NCBI RefSeq assembly: GCF_001447785.1
Contig: NW_015159726.1
Coordinates: forward strand, 211,988 to 275,987
Length of the DNA stretch: 64,000 nucleotides
Direction of reading: 5' to 3'
From: Gekko japonicus
Lineage: Eukaryota
The position numbers and the translations under genes are program-made. Within the stretch, counting starts at the first letter, position 1. Each line of letters opens with the position of its first letter. The notes below the pieces were generated by a model. The model had not been told where the DNA came from. It did no database searches and saw nothing but the letters and a program-made list of their open reading frames with translations. This document shows positions 22,176 through 35,333 of this stretch, one piece after another.

Positions 22176-24145
22176 AAGGGGGGGGGGGGTGGAGAGTGTA
22201 TCCTGATCAAGTGGTAGATAATTTCATATTCTGCTGGCCTTCCTAATCCAAGAAAGCAAAGGTTGGCATTTAGCTAGGAAGTTCAGCTCCAGACTTTACA
22301 CTGGCACAATTTTTGCAGGTCTGGGAGCCATACCAGAGTCTACATTCATTGGAGTAAAATAACATGCAAGATGCTAAGTCACAGATCTCAGCTGCCAATA
22401 TTTCCACAGCCATGGAAGTTGCTGCAGCTGAAATCCACATTGCTGGCTCACATGTTAATTCATCTCATGCATTCAGACACAGGGACTATTCCCAGATGTA
22501 CAAAAACAAACCCCAAACCAACTCAAACATCATAAACACAGCTTAAGTTAAAATCCAGACAGTTCCTTTGATGCACTGTCTTTCTTCTCCCAGATAATAA
22601 AAAAGAAGATAAAAAGGAGCGTACTGAATAAACCCATATGACAATTCTTAGAAGGAGATTCCAGGTAAGCAGAACCAAAAAAATCTGAAGATTGTTTCAC
22701 TGATACCTGTTATCACTAATTAATCAACACACAGCTTTGTTCAGTGAACCGATTTTTGCCAGCAAGTTGGACAGTTGGTTGGCCTGATGATACACTGGTG
22801 GTAACAGGGTCCCCAAGAAGAAAACTGTACGTCTAGTGCTATCCATGCCTTGCAGGAGAGAATCTCTTAATAGCTTGAAAACCATCAGCCCAGAACATCA
22901 GTACATTCATTTCCCTGGATTATTCTGTCTCCCCCATTCCCAGTACTCTGGCCTGCTATGTGTATGCTAGAATTCTGCAGGAGCATACAAAACCAGTGGA
23001 ACATACTACAGGAAAAAAAGATTTCAGCTCCCAAATTTTAACAGGAAGCGAGTTTTTAGATCATATGACTGTTAAGAAGTGTTTAGAGGTGCACAAGCAA
23101 TCAATGCCTGCTGAAATCTCAGAAGCCACAGAAACAATTCAACAACATTTCTCGCACTTGGAGGCAAAACTTCATTACTCTCCAAAACTTCCTTCCCCTT
23201 TCCATGGCTAACAAAACAAAAATAAAATTACACCATATAGTTAAAAAAGGAAGAAAAATTCTACACATTTTCCCATGGGCATAATTTAAGCAGGCGACAA
23301 TATTTAGATCATGTGGGTACAGAACTTTAATTTTTCCTTTACAAACAAAAGATAACCAGCCCTGTATATTTCCTTAGTGAACAATCTTTATGTGAAATCC
23401 TCTGGTTCTCCAATAGGCAATCTCTCACCAATTCTTTGTTTTTAATAGATTATCTATGTTTGGAGGATTTATCACAGTTCCCACTTCTTCAGGGTTTTGT
23501 TTTTTTTAAGTTCCAGGTGTGTTCTTCCACTTTCTGAGTTCATCTCCAGATGTTCAAAAGGGGTCAGTAGTGATATTAAGCTACAAGCCATCCAAATGAA
23601 ATGAATCTGCACATTTTGGAGGCATGCCAGATGTAACCAAAGGTTATAACTGTCTTGTTTTCCTCCAAACTTTTAACATTCAAGATTGCTTTAAATTTGC
23701 CAGTGACCAGACTTTAAAAAAAAAAAAGCACATGAATGTCTAGAGCAAAGTGCAACTGATTCCAACAGAAAAGTGTTTCAGATAAACAGGCCTGGGTATG
23801 TTCTAAGGCTGTTTTCCATCCCTCACTTTTGTGACATGACATTTCATTATAGCATGGGGGGTGGTCCTGGGGCTACTTGAATTTCTTAAAATCATTGTGG
23901 GGGGGAATTCCATACAGGAACAGACACGTCAAACTGTGACTTTTGTAAGTTGCAGCTGATTCTTGGTAAACAAAGCTGAGCAAAACTTATGGTTGATTCG
24001 GATTTCCATGTTCACTTTCCTTTGTTTGCAGATGGAAACACATCCTATTGGAGTAGTCAGTGGCCTAGTGTTGTCTTTTCAAGTGAAAACAATGAAAAGG
24101 CCTACCTTTCCAAACATACATAAGTTTTACATACATACGTTTTGA

Positions 24146-24312
24146 CAAGTCACAACCAGCTTATGGCAACACCATCAAGGGGCTTTCAAGGCAAGTGAGA
24201 AGCAGAGGTGAGTTGCCATTGCTTTCCTATGCAGAGTATTCCTTGGCAGTCTCCCATACAAGTACCAACCCTGCTTAGCTTCTGAGATCTGACAAGATCG
24301 AGCTATACCATG
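24146..24312 (-). mobile_element. 5S rRNA-headed SINE (head split by MITE)
   Basis: Minus strand GATCTTGTCAGATCTCAGAAGCTAAGCAGGGTTGGTACTTGTATGGGAGACTGCC. Confidence 0.8.
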
Positions 24313-24685
24313 TAGGGTTACCAGGTCCCCTCACCACGCCAGCATGGGTATTTGGAGGAGGTGTTCCAGGATGTGCCTGACGCAATGCTGTCACCCGGAA
24401 GTGACATCATCACATCAGCGACATCGCACTGGACACTCTGGTTTGCGGGCAAAACTCTATGGTTTTAGGCCAGATTTACCATAGAGTTTTGCCCTCAAAC
24501 CAGAACATCCCACGTGACGTCCCCGATATGATGACATCACTTCTGAGTGATGTCATCATGTTGGGGACATCATGCGAGGACGTGGCTGGGGGCAGGGTTT
24601 TCCCTGCTGTCCAGCTGGCCGGCAGTGGGCTGAAGCCCCAAAAACTGGAGGAAACCCCACCGGGACCTGGAGACTGCCAACCCTA
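24313..24685. mobile_element. palindromic Blackjack-like hAT MITE
   Basis: TAGGGTTACCA/GCCAACCCTA; TSD ATACCATG/ATACCATA. Confidence 0.85.
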
Positions 24686-24719
24686 ATACCATATCACCTT
24701 CCCTCCCAACGTTAGTTTA

Positions 24720-25055
24720 AAAGTAAAGGTTTTCCTTGCTCGAAAGCTAGTCAAATCCGACTCTAGGGGGCGGTGCTCATCTCCATTTCCAAGCCGAAGA
24801 GCCAGCGCTGTCCGAATACTTTTCCATGGTCATGTGGCCAGCATGACTAAATGCCGAGGCACACGGAACGCTGTTACCTTCCCACCAAAGTGGTACCTAT
24901 TTATCTACTTGCAATTTCTTGCTTTCGAACTGTTAGGTTGGCAGGAGCTGGGGCCAGAGAGGGGAGCTCACTCTGTCACGCGGTACTAGGGTCTCGAACT
25001 GCTGAGCTATCGACCTTCCAGTCTGCATCTCAGCGTCTTAACCTCTGAGCCACTA
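24720..25055 (-). mobile_element. Sauria SINE
   Basis: CCGACTCTAGGGGGCGGTGCTCATCTCC, GGTCATGTGGCCAGCATGAC, GGTACCTATTTATCTACTTGC blocks; ACCTTT-type tail. Confidence 0.88.
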
Positions 25056-26479
25056 AAGCTAGCAATCATGCTCTTCAATTTGGGATTGTTCCCACAGCCC
25101 CTTCAAGGGGAAGAGTCCTCTGTTGGGCTCATAACACACACAAGTTCAGAAAAGTAGTAGCTATCCCATATTCCTTTGCATAGAGTTTGAAGGATGCTGT
25201 CTTTCAAGAAACTCTTACAGATGGATCCCATTAATGTTTACTCAGAAGTAAGTCCCACTTTGTTCACTGAGGCTTATTGCCAAGACAGGGCAAAAGTTTG
25301 CAACCTTTGCCAGCTATTTCTGCTCAGAACTGTAGCAGTTACACTGAACTCCGAAAGCCTCTTTCACACAAAGGGGAGCAAAGACCAAGAGAAAGAGTTG
25401 CTGTTGGAAGAGAAACCACGCTACCAAATCCATCTGGGATTTAGAAAATATGGTTTTGGGACAGGATACTCAAGTCATCAATGCCCAAAGCTGGAAAGTA
25501 TCAGCAAAATTCAGGAAAAAATATGACCAGACTAATACAAAATGTCTTCAATGTACAGACAAAAGTGGACTTCTACAGAGGTACTTTGCCAGCTAAGAAA
25601 CTGCACGTGCAGACATGGGCCAATGCTGTCCAATACTGAATCTCCATTTGGAGCTACAGTTGCAGATCCCAGCAGAGGACAGGGACTGTGCAGGGCCAGA
25701 CAACACTGAACAGATTATTGGCATTGTCGAAATTAACAGGCGCAATCTTTGGGCAGATGCATGCCAGCTGATCCATGCACACAGGAACATAGGCACCCCT
25801 ATCACTACACAAACAGAGCTCTTGGGGTCCATGCTGGTGAAAGCTAACACCACAACAAACTATCTGGTATCTCAGGTGTCGCATCACATTTTGTCATTTA
25901 GGATTATATACCTGCCAGTCAGCCACTCCCTTCTGCAGCTGAATCACGGTTCTTTTCAGAATCCATGCAGTGTTGAATAATTAAATCTTCCTCTGACCAG
26001 TGAAGCAGCAGACAGTACTCAGTCACAGGCTGTTGATACTCTCTGCTTGGTACACCCTCCATTCTCTCCAATGTAGGCCAGTAGAGACTTAAGAAAGGAG
26101 TGACGAGCAGAGACCGCTCCTAAATTTATCAACTTCTGTGGGAAATTGGTCCAGTTGGTTCAGTCTTTGAGCATCAAGGTCAGGTCTCTAGTCTTGTTTA
26201 AAGCAGTTTCCTTTTAAAACAATAATCAAATCCAGGGCAAAGGCGGCACTGCCCTTTCTGGGCTTACACACTTAAGAATGTTTACAATTCAGTTGTCTAA
26301 TTTGGCCCTTAGCAATTATGTGCAGAAACAATGCTGGTAGATGCATCTTTTTTAGTGCAGATCTCCCCCAATCCCACATAAAGTGGACAATTCAATTTAA
26401 AGAGCCAAAGAAGTGTGCAACCAAAGTACACCGAATTCTTCCATAATTTGCAACATTCCCCAATCTTCCAGGTCTTTCC

Positions 26480-26870
26480 ACTGCTGACCTAAGAGTGGGA
26501 GTCCTCAAACAAAGAGATTCAAGGGAAAATTACAATGTGAGATTGCTGAACTTGAGTTAATTCACAAGTTTATAACAATGTATGAGGGCTGAATATGGAC
26601 ACAGGATTCTTATCTCAGTACAGATGCCAATTTTCTGCCCCTTAGCATTTCCCCTCTGCTTTAATCAAGCCGATTGCAATATGCACTGTACCTTTGCATC
26701 CTTTACCAGCATTCTTTACAACCCCCCCCCCCCCCACCTTCTGACTGGGATAAAAAGATAGATTCAGGTGGGGTAGCCGTGTTGATCTGAAGCAGCAGAA
26801 CAAAATTTGAGTCCAGTGGCACCTTTAGGACCAACAAAGCTTTCATGTGCAAGCACACTTCCTCAGATTT
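26480..26870. mobile_element. Penelope-like fragments in inverted arrangement
   Basis: Plus strand EIAELELIHKF..DTGFLSQY GIY-YIG tail; minus-strand pLTR with hammerhead core 26837-26866. Confidence 0.7.
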
Positions 26871-26899
26871 GAGGAAACTTAAAACATTAAAACATAGCA

Positions 26900-27370
26900 T
26901 TAATAAAATGCAGTTAAAACCACCAATTAAAAAACATCCCAGGTACCTATTTCCAGTGGCCCAGATTCATACCACTCCAAATGCTCTACAAAATAGTTTT
27001 TATAGCATCACCAGAAGTTCAGGAGGGCAAAACCCTGCCTGACCTCTTCTGGGAGACTGTTCTGTTTGACTGCAGCAGCCACTGGAAAACCCTGAGCCAG
27101 GGCTATTACAGAGGACCGCCACGATGGGTCTATAGGCCTCGCCAGGAAGAACAAAGCTTCTGCACTGGAGCATGCAGGAAGAGGCAGTCCTTCCCTGTAA
27201 GTGGGCCACAGGTCATGAAGGGTAAGCAACAGTACCTTGAACAAGACCCAGAAACGAACAAGGTAGCCCCTGAAGGGACTTTCAGTTAGGAGTAATACAG
27301 TCTCAGTGGCTAACCCTGATAAACAGATAGGCTGTTGCATTTTGTACCAGCATACTGACAACATTCTACT
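26900..27370 (-). mobile_element. old L2-like LINE fragment
   Basis: Degenerate 3' ORF/UTR similar to 58512-58985. Confidence 0.45.
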
Positions 27371-28152
27371 TCAGAGTTTTGGAAGAGCTCATTTATGATG
27401 GGAATTATTGCCTGCAGTTTCTAACACCAATATCATGTGCCCCCAAAAGGGGGAGCAATGCTCATTTATACTGGGTGACCTTGGGCCAGTCATTTGCTCT
27501 CCACCTAACTTACCACGTTGGGTTGTTGGGAAGATAAAAATAGAGGAAGGGAAAAGCACATATGCTGTCCTGAGCTCCATGAAAGGACAATGCACCAAAT
27601 AAGTAACTCACTCACATATACAGCATGTGTATACTTTGACCTTTTATCGAATCAGACCATTTGACCTATCTAGCCCTAGCATAGTCCATTCCCTCTGGCA
27701 GAGTCTTTCAAGGTTCCCAGGCACAGATACGCTCTTTACGCTAACTATCTTTTTAAAGTCAGGATGCCAAGATGCCAAGGGCTGAACCTGGGATCTTGTA
27801 CCTACAAAGCACATGCTCTGCTGTGCTGTTAAGCCATGACACTGCCTTATACCAATGTATACTTTGTAAATGGAAGTATCTTCTATGTAGAAAGCAAACC
27901 CTAATCTGGACAGAGTGTAGAATGAAAGGGTCAGAAGCTCACACTTAAGTTGAGTGCAGGCAGAACAAAGCAGTTAACAAGAAGTTGTGCTTAGACAACT
28001 TCTATAGAGAAGTAGGTGGTTGGATCCACATATTCTGAAGCCTCTGGGGTTCAGGAGGATTCCTAAACATCAGTTTTCTTTGCAGTAGTTAGGCTTCTAT
28101 CACCCATCTCCAGCCCAGTCAAGCTACGGGAACATTCAGTATCATCGTGCAT

Positions 28153-28588
28153 GCAGAGGAGAGCGACAAGGATGATCAGGGGCCTGGAGACCAAGTCCTA
28201 TGAGGAAAGGCTGAGGGACTTGGGAATGTTTAGTCTGGAGAAGAGGAGGTTGAGGGGGACATGACTGCTCTCTTGAAGTATTTGAATGGCTGCCATTTAG
28301 AGGAGGGCAGGGAGCTGTTCGGCAGCAGAGGATAGGACTCGAAATAATGGGTTTAAATTAAGGGCAGGAAGGTTCCGGCTGGATATTAGGAAAAACTTTT
28401 TGACAGTAAGGGTTGTGCAACAGTGGAATCAGCTGCCTAGGGAGGTGGTGAGCTTCCCCTCACTGGCAGTCTTTAAACAGTGGCTGGACAAACACTTGTC
28501 AGTGATGCTCTAGGCTGATCCTGCATTGAGCAGGGCATTGGACTAGATGGCCTGTATGGCCCCTTCCAACTCTGTGATTCTATGATTC
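28153..28588 (+). mobile_element. CR1 LINE 3' end
   Basis: [35 protein letters not shown]; CCCTTCCAACTCTGTGATTCTATGATTC tail. Confidence 0.92.
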
Positions 28589-28711
28589 CCTGACTTGGCC
28601 TGTCAAAAACACAGCAACCCAAATCCTCTTTCAACTGTCTGGGGTCAGTACAATTCCTGTATTATCTGGGGTGTTTAAATTGATTAGAAATACCTTGTAT
28701 TTGCACACCAT

Positions 28712-28878
28712 CTTGCTTTCTGTACAGCAGAGGTTACCTAACTCCTCACCATGTCTGGCATATAGCAAATGCAAAACACGTAGGATAAGAGTTGCACACA
28801 TCCATCACTTCACTAATTTGTTTGTGATGACCCTTCAACATGCTTTAGGCAATTATGCCCCCAGGCACTAAACATACC
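28712..28878. repeat. ~165-bp dispersed direct repeat, copy 1 (copy 2 at 33629-33867)
   Basis: Shared TAGGATAAGAGTTGC, CATCACTTCACTAAT, GTTTGTGATGACCCTTCAACAT, GCCCCCAGGCACTAAACATACC. Confidence 0.9.
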
Positions 28879-28924
28879 AACTAGAAGTAAATTCAGCTGA
28901 AATCACTGGACTTACTTCTGAGCA

Positions 28925-29660
28925 ATATAACGAAGTTTGGGTCCAGTGGCACCTTTAAGACCAACAAAGTTTTACTCAAGGTATAAGCTTTTGTGTGCAT
29001 GCACACTTCTTCAGATACAATAAAATGGACATTACCAGTCCATAGCAGAGTGAGCAGTAAATTAGCATACAGCATAGTGAGGATGTTTAACAGATTCAAG
29101 GACCAAACAGGAATAACAAGATTTGTTTATATTGTTAGCATTTGTTTGGGTTTAATTCTAAGGAAAACATAGTGAAGGAAATAAATATGTCTAAATTGGA
29201 GATTGATGGGATCCTTAATTGTGGAATGCTGAGAGTAATTAACTGAGACCCTGCCATTAGGCTCCATCTGTCTCTTCTCAAGTATGGAGGCGAATTTACA
29301 GACTCTTCTTCTTTGAAGTGGGGCAATTGGCTGTGTAGACTGATCTCCCCTGTCCCCAGACCACAAAAATGCATTCCAATCTACCATTCCAAATATATTA
29401 CATTTTACTATTCATTACATTACAATCTACTATTCTAATCTACTATTTCAAATAAGAAATAAAATAAAAAGCATGTATGGCCCTTCTGGGGGATTGGTGA
29501 GAATACAGATGTAAGGGCTGAATGAGGTTAGCCTATGTAGTGAGATAAGAAACCAACATCCCTGTTAAGTTCTGGGGATTCCATTGTTCTGAGTGTTGTA
29601 ATAACATGCAACTCTACAATTTTCCTTTCTGGTCTGTTTCTGAAGTTAGAACTAGGATGC
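28925..29660 (-). mobile_element. Penelope-like element 3' part with hammerhead motif at 28981-29018
   Basis: RKIVELHVITTLRTMESPELNRDVGFLSHY tail; GTATCTGAAGAAGTGTGCATGCACACAAAAGCTTATAC. Confidence 0.8.
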
Positions 29661-30770
29661 CAATCACACTCTGTGGCTCTAATCCCTTCCCTATCTTGCC
29701 CAAATCATTCCTAGATGCCTATCCCTCAACATCCCATTGCTATATCCAATAGTAAACTGACTGGCCTCTGGCTAGATAATGACATCAACAAAACCAGGCC
29801 ACCCACAGTCATTGCAGGGATCTCTACCTTCTCAGGTCTCTGTGTATATATAGACAGCAAAACATGACTCTGTAAATTAAACAGGGGGGGCTTAAAATCA
29901 GGCTGATGAGGACCTAAATATGCTCCAGAAGGAACAGAATGTTGAGGATAGCTGAGCATCAGCTACACAGAAAAAAGAAGAGTGGGGAAATCAGTCTGCT
30001 TGAGCCCTGGAGAGCTTACAGAATTTGGGAAGAGGAATGTGTAAGAAAACAGAAAATGATCCTAAATAAATAATACACAATCATAAATGTTACCAGTTTT
30101 AAAGGGCACACTTAATATTAGTAACTAATGGGATATAAACACACCAAATAAATGGACAAAACACATAGTTAAACACACATAATTGTTACAGACCATCACT
30201 CTGACCCCTTGCAAAGAGGTTAAATTTTAATGGGCCTTTGAAAAGCATACTGTACTTTTCCTGCAGAGCCTACTTCCTGCACCAGGGCTGAAGCCTCAAA
30301 CACCTGAAGTGCGAAAGAAACACCTCTGAGCACGTACCGACTTGCCTCTCTTCCAAATAACAAGGCCCACTTTGTACAAGTGAAAATTCACTCTACAGTA
30401 ATTACTTCCAGGTAGGAAGTGAGAATGTTCTCTGGCACAGAACAAGTGGCACAGGCACAACTGTTTTGCCCTGTAGCAAGACACACACGCATTCAGCGGC
30501 CACGATGCAACTGCACCGGAGAAGCCTACAGTTTCCTTGACAAAGGTGACTTCCGTGTAGAAAATGCATCTGGTGGGAAGCAGCCTTAACCAGGCACCAG
30601 TGTTGAGGGCATGACCTGCAGGCGCTGTGCCTGCATTTCAGAAGCTGAGCACCACCAGCGTTCCTCTGCTGCAACATACAGTTCCCCCAAACCCTTTGAT
30701 TATTCTCCAGTTGCCCTCGAGGCGGCCTCCTCATGCCCACCACAAACCATGCCCCCCCCCCCCATACTTA

Positions 30771-31262
<492 letters not shown>

Positions 31263-31969
31263 TCAGGATCGCACCTTTTCAAAACGCCTTGCCAACTTCC
31301 AGCCTCCCTCCCCGCCCGTCCTCCCGCAATTCGACAGGAGGGTCAAAAGAAACAAGACAGCTCCCCTCCTCCTCCGCCGAGACACAAGGCAGTCAAGCAA
31401 CGAACCCAAAAATTCTTCAGGCCACTTTTCCAAAGGCCCAGTAGCAATCCCAAGGCAGCCGCCTCTCCCCTTCCCTTCCCCGAATTTATCTTTATCTTAC
31501 AGGATCTCCGAGAGCATATGAAGCATGTCCAAGTCAGGCCTCGACGGAAAGTTATGCAATCCCCCCCTCCCGCAACTTTACAGACTTATTCCAATTCACC
31601 CTAAGAAGGCAGCTCCTTTAAAGGACGCAGGGAAAGTTCTCCAAGTCACGGCTGTCACGGGAGGGAGGGCTCGCTCGCCGCCTGAATTCCAAAGCGGCCT
31701 GGGGCTCGAGCGAGTATCCGGGTGCCTGAACGTTCTGATTTAGAACGCTGGAGGGTCGGCGAACGTTCCGATTTAGAATGTTGGCGCTGCCTCGGTTGCT
31801 GCAGCCTTCAGTTCCAGGCCTGACCTGCCGTTCCTCCCGCTGGGGTCGAGCAAAGGGAGCGATCAGGCTCGAAAGTGTTTGATCTGTCAGTCTTTCTTTA
31901 AAGGCGGCCAAATAAGCGAATGGGTGGGGGGGTGTTAAATATTTTCTTTCCCCCACCCTTTTTACATAC

Positions 31970-32040
31970 CCATCCTCCGTCTCTTGAAGCGCTAACTACT
32001 TTCCGTGGAGGCGGCGGCAGCAGCGACTGCTCTCGGACTA
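31970..32040 (-). other. WWTR1: candidate WWTR1 exon 1 (5' end approximate; alternative donor CAG|GTCAGG at 31824)
   Basis: Inside the CpG island; donor GG|GTATGT at 31969; boundaries inferred, no transcript data. Confidence 0.45.
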
Positions 32041-32816
32041 TCCCAAACAAAGTTACCCAAAACTCTCAGAGTTAGGGCGGCGCAGAAAGTTTGGCAACTG
32101 CATTATTCATGAGCTCAGTGTCTGGGACCGGCCCGATTACACGCTACACCCACTGCTAGTCCTCCTCCCACGGCTGAGTCGAGAGAGCCAGACCCTCCTG
32201 CATTTTCAACTGGGCAAGAGGAGCCTCCTGGGGGTGGGTGAAGGGAGTTTTCTTTTCGGGAATCTCAGGCGGAAATCGGCTCCGGCAAGGCGAGCGGGCC
32301 AGCGTTTCTCCGCGCCTCCCTTGAGGCTGCCCGTACAAGGAATGCTCTAACGAGAGTACAACGCGGAAAACTTTAGCCGCGTCCCCATCGCTCGGCTTTC
32401 AGTTCCAACTAAGGGAATGATCAGATTCGCCGGATCTACCAGCTCCTCTAAAGTCATCGCATTCCCCGTGGTTCACACTTTTTGTGTTTTAATCAGTGGT
32501 TCAATAGTGGGGCTTTCAAACGCAAAAAAAGTCATTTGAACACTCTACACACAACCCGGCTACACTGCAGGTTCTGGCGGGGCAGCCAGGGGACTCGAGC
32601 ACTTCCTACATGTGAGAGTGTTTGTTTCTCCCTTTGTAAGAGGAACGCCGGAGTCTCAGACCAGATCAATCAATTAGCATGCAACTTTCCACAGGATCTT
32701 GAAGAGGAAGATGCCTGCGTGGAGCAGTAGCACTGCTTTGGTGAGCTATAGTGTCATTGCAAGACTACTAATCTATTCTATGGCCAGACAATGTGTATGG
32801 CTGCAATTTACCTCGA

Positions 32817-33018
32817 TAGGGTGGCCAGCCCTGAGTTGGGAAGATTTCAGGGGTGGAGGGCGGGGTTGGGGAAGGGGAGAGACCTCATCAGAGTTGAATG
32901 GCATAGGGTCTGTCCTCCAAAGCAGCCATTTTCTCCAGGGGAACTGGCCTCTTGTGGTCTGGAGATCAACTGTAATACCAGGAGATCTCCAGGACCCACC
33001 TGCAGGCTGGCAACCCTA
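32817..33018. mobile_element. Blackjack-like hAT MITE
   Basis: TAGGGTGGCCAGCC/GGCTGGCAACCCTA. Confidence 0.75.
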
Positions 33019-33644
33019 GAGACTGTTAGAAGTGGGTGCTGCTCCAGGGAAAAGAGAGGGACCTGTTTCAGAGTTTAAACAGCCACTTTAATCGATTTAC
33101 ATTTCTTATGTGCATATCTATCTTATATTCAAATCATCTCAGGAGTGACTGGTGAAGCAACATTAGAGCAAAACCTGGATTAGCATCTGCCTAGGAGCAG
33201 CAGTATTTTGCCACAACTTGGTAAGGAATTCCTTTTAAAGCTGCATCACCTCCACCACGCACTCTGGTACCTATTTAAGGAACCCCACCTCCCAAATCAA
33301 TGTTCATGAATATGTGTGTTTCATAAGGAGAATGGGGAGACTTCTGTGTTCAGTTCCCCAGCCACTCACCCACACACATTTTGATTACATTTTTAGGCAT
33401 GACTCAGCGGTCAGAAGAAATGGGATCTTGGGGAGAATGTGATATCTTCACCAAAGGAGGTTTGGACATTCTCACTTGCAGGCATGAGATGGTCAGATGG
33501 GGAAAGGAAGGGGGGGGGGTGACGACACTTTGCAGCACAAAATCTAGCACACAGACCCTTGCCTGTTTCACTCTTTGCCCTGGAAATATGTCCCCTAATC
33601 CCAGGTTTGCTAGTGAGGGCTGAAGTAACTTGCTTTCTGTACAG

Positions 33645-33715
33645 TTATATGAATGTTATATTTAAGCATGTGTGTTCTATGGCTTGTTGCCGTAATAAAT
33701 GCCTGACTGACTGAC
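33645..33715 (+). mobile_element. 71-bp LINE 3' stub
   Basis: AATAAA plus (CTGA)n tail; 14-bp TSD TGCTTTCTGTACAG. Confidence 0.8.
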
Positions 33716-34395
33716 TGCTTTCTGTACAGCAGAGGTTTAACTAACTGGCATATAGCAATGCAGAACGTATAGGATAAGAGTTGCGCACATTCATCACTTC
33801 ACTAATCAGTTTGTGATGACCCTTCAACATACTTCAGGCAATTGTGCCCCCAGGCACTAAACATACCCTCCAGCCAGCTGCAGGAAGAAGAGATTGGATT
33901 TATACCCCACCCTTCACTAACCAAAGGAGTCTCCTTTCCCTTCCCCTCCCCACAACAGACAGCCTGAGAGAGCTTTGAGAGAACTGCTCTTGAGAGAACA
34001 GCTCTGGAGGCACCCCGAAGGCAAGGGGGGTGGAGTAAGAGGGAGACTCAATGAGAAAAGGGGGGGGGAAGGCTGCCAGTAATGGAATCACAGGGCTCTT
34101 AGGAGAGCACAGCTAGAGACCCCTAACTGCTCTACAGGCAGGGCTGAGACTGGGAGCTTGAGAAATAAGCCCCTCCCCTATGGAATCAAAAATCATCAGG
34201 ACCCTGCCTGCCTCCAAGGAGGAGCTACTACCCACATGTTCCAACTGCCCCATCCTGGACCACCAGAGAAGGCATTTGGCACACAATCCAGACATACAGT
34301 GGGTACCTCTGATTGTTTATAAGATTTGATATGAATGTGTTTGTTGAAATGTTTATACTGTACCTTTAATCTTGTGTTTATTAAGTGTCATCAAG

Positions 34396-35333
34396 ATCTC
34401 TTGAATAAGGTTCAGAAAGGAGGGATGTTCTCTAGACTGCTAAACGACTGAGCAGATACTTAAAAACTCAAATGGAGAAATAAAGGGAATGATAGACAAG
34501 CTGTACAGACTCCTATTAAAGGGTGAAAAAACAACTACTCTCAAGTCTCAACAGCAATGGCATCTAGACTGCCAGAAAACCTTCACGGAAGATCAATGGA
34601 CTTCCATCTGGTCATCACCCAGTAACACGTCTAATATTGTTAGCAGCAGGTTTACTTCTTTCAAAATACTAAATAGGTGGTACATGACCCCGGCAGTCCT
34701 ACACAAGATAAATCCTAAGATTTCAAACAAATGTTGGGAAAACTGTGGTGCTATTGCGGACTTTGTGCACTGCTGGTGGTCCTGTCCACTAATACAAGGC
34801 TACTGGACATAGATAATACAACAAATTGCATTAATAGTTGATATTGTCTTACCCGGCACTTTAGAATCTATCTTTCTGGAGACATGGCGTACAACTATGA
34901 GTGGAGAAAGCTTGGAAACATTAGTATCGACCTTACTGATGTTGACAAAATTAATAATTGCACAAAAATGGAAGCAAAAAAATGTTCCGACAATAACATG
35001 CTGGCAGAACAAAATCTGGGAATGCTTTATTTATGGGCGCACCTCTTATAACTCCTCAGCCGTGCAGAGAAATATAAAAAGTGGTTTCAGGCAGTATGGT
35101 TTCCTATTATTAGTTATTTAGAAAATAGTGAAACAGTTCCAAAAAACCCGCTATACAAGAAGCTGCTGTTCTTTTAACTGTTTGGTACTTAGTCTGTACA
35201 AATGTTTGACTTTACTGTGATACTGTGGGAGTTATGTAAGAAAAGCTGTTTAATTGAGCCGGTAATTGCTCTTTGTGTCTAATTTTGTTGTGTTTACGCT
35301 GTTAAAAATTAATAAAAACAAATATTTTTTTAA
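34396..35333 (+). mobile_element. 5'-truncated L1-clade LINE
   Basis: FKILNRWYMTP...KCWENCG...HCWWSCP ORF2 C-terminus; AATAAA/A-rich tail; 13-bp TSD AAGTGTCATCAAG. Confidence 0.88.
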
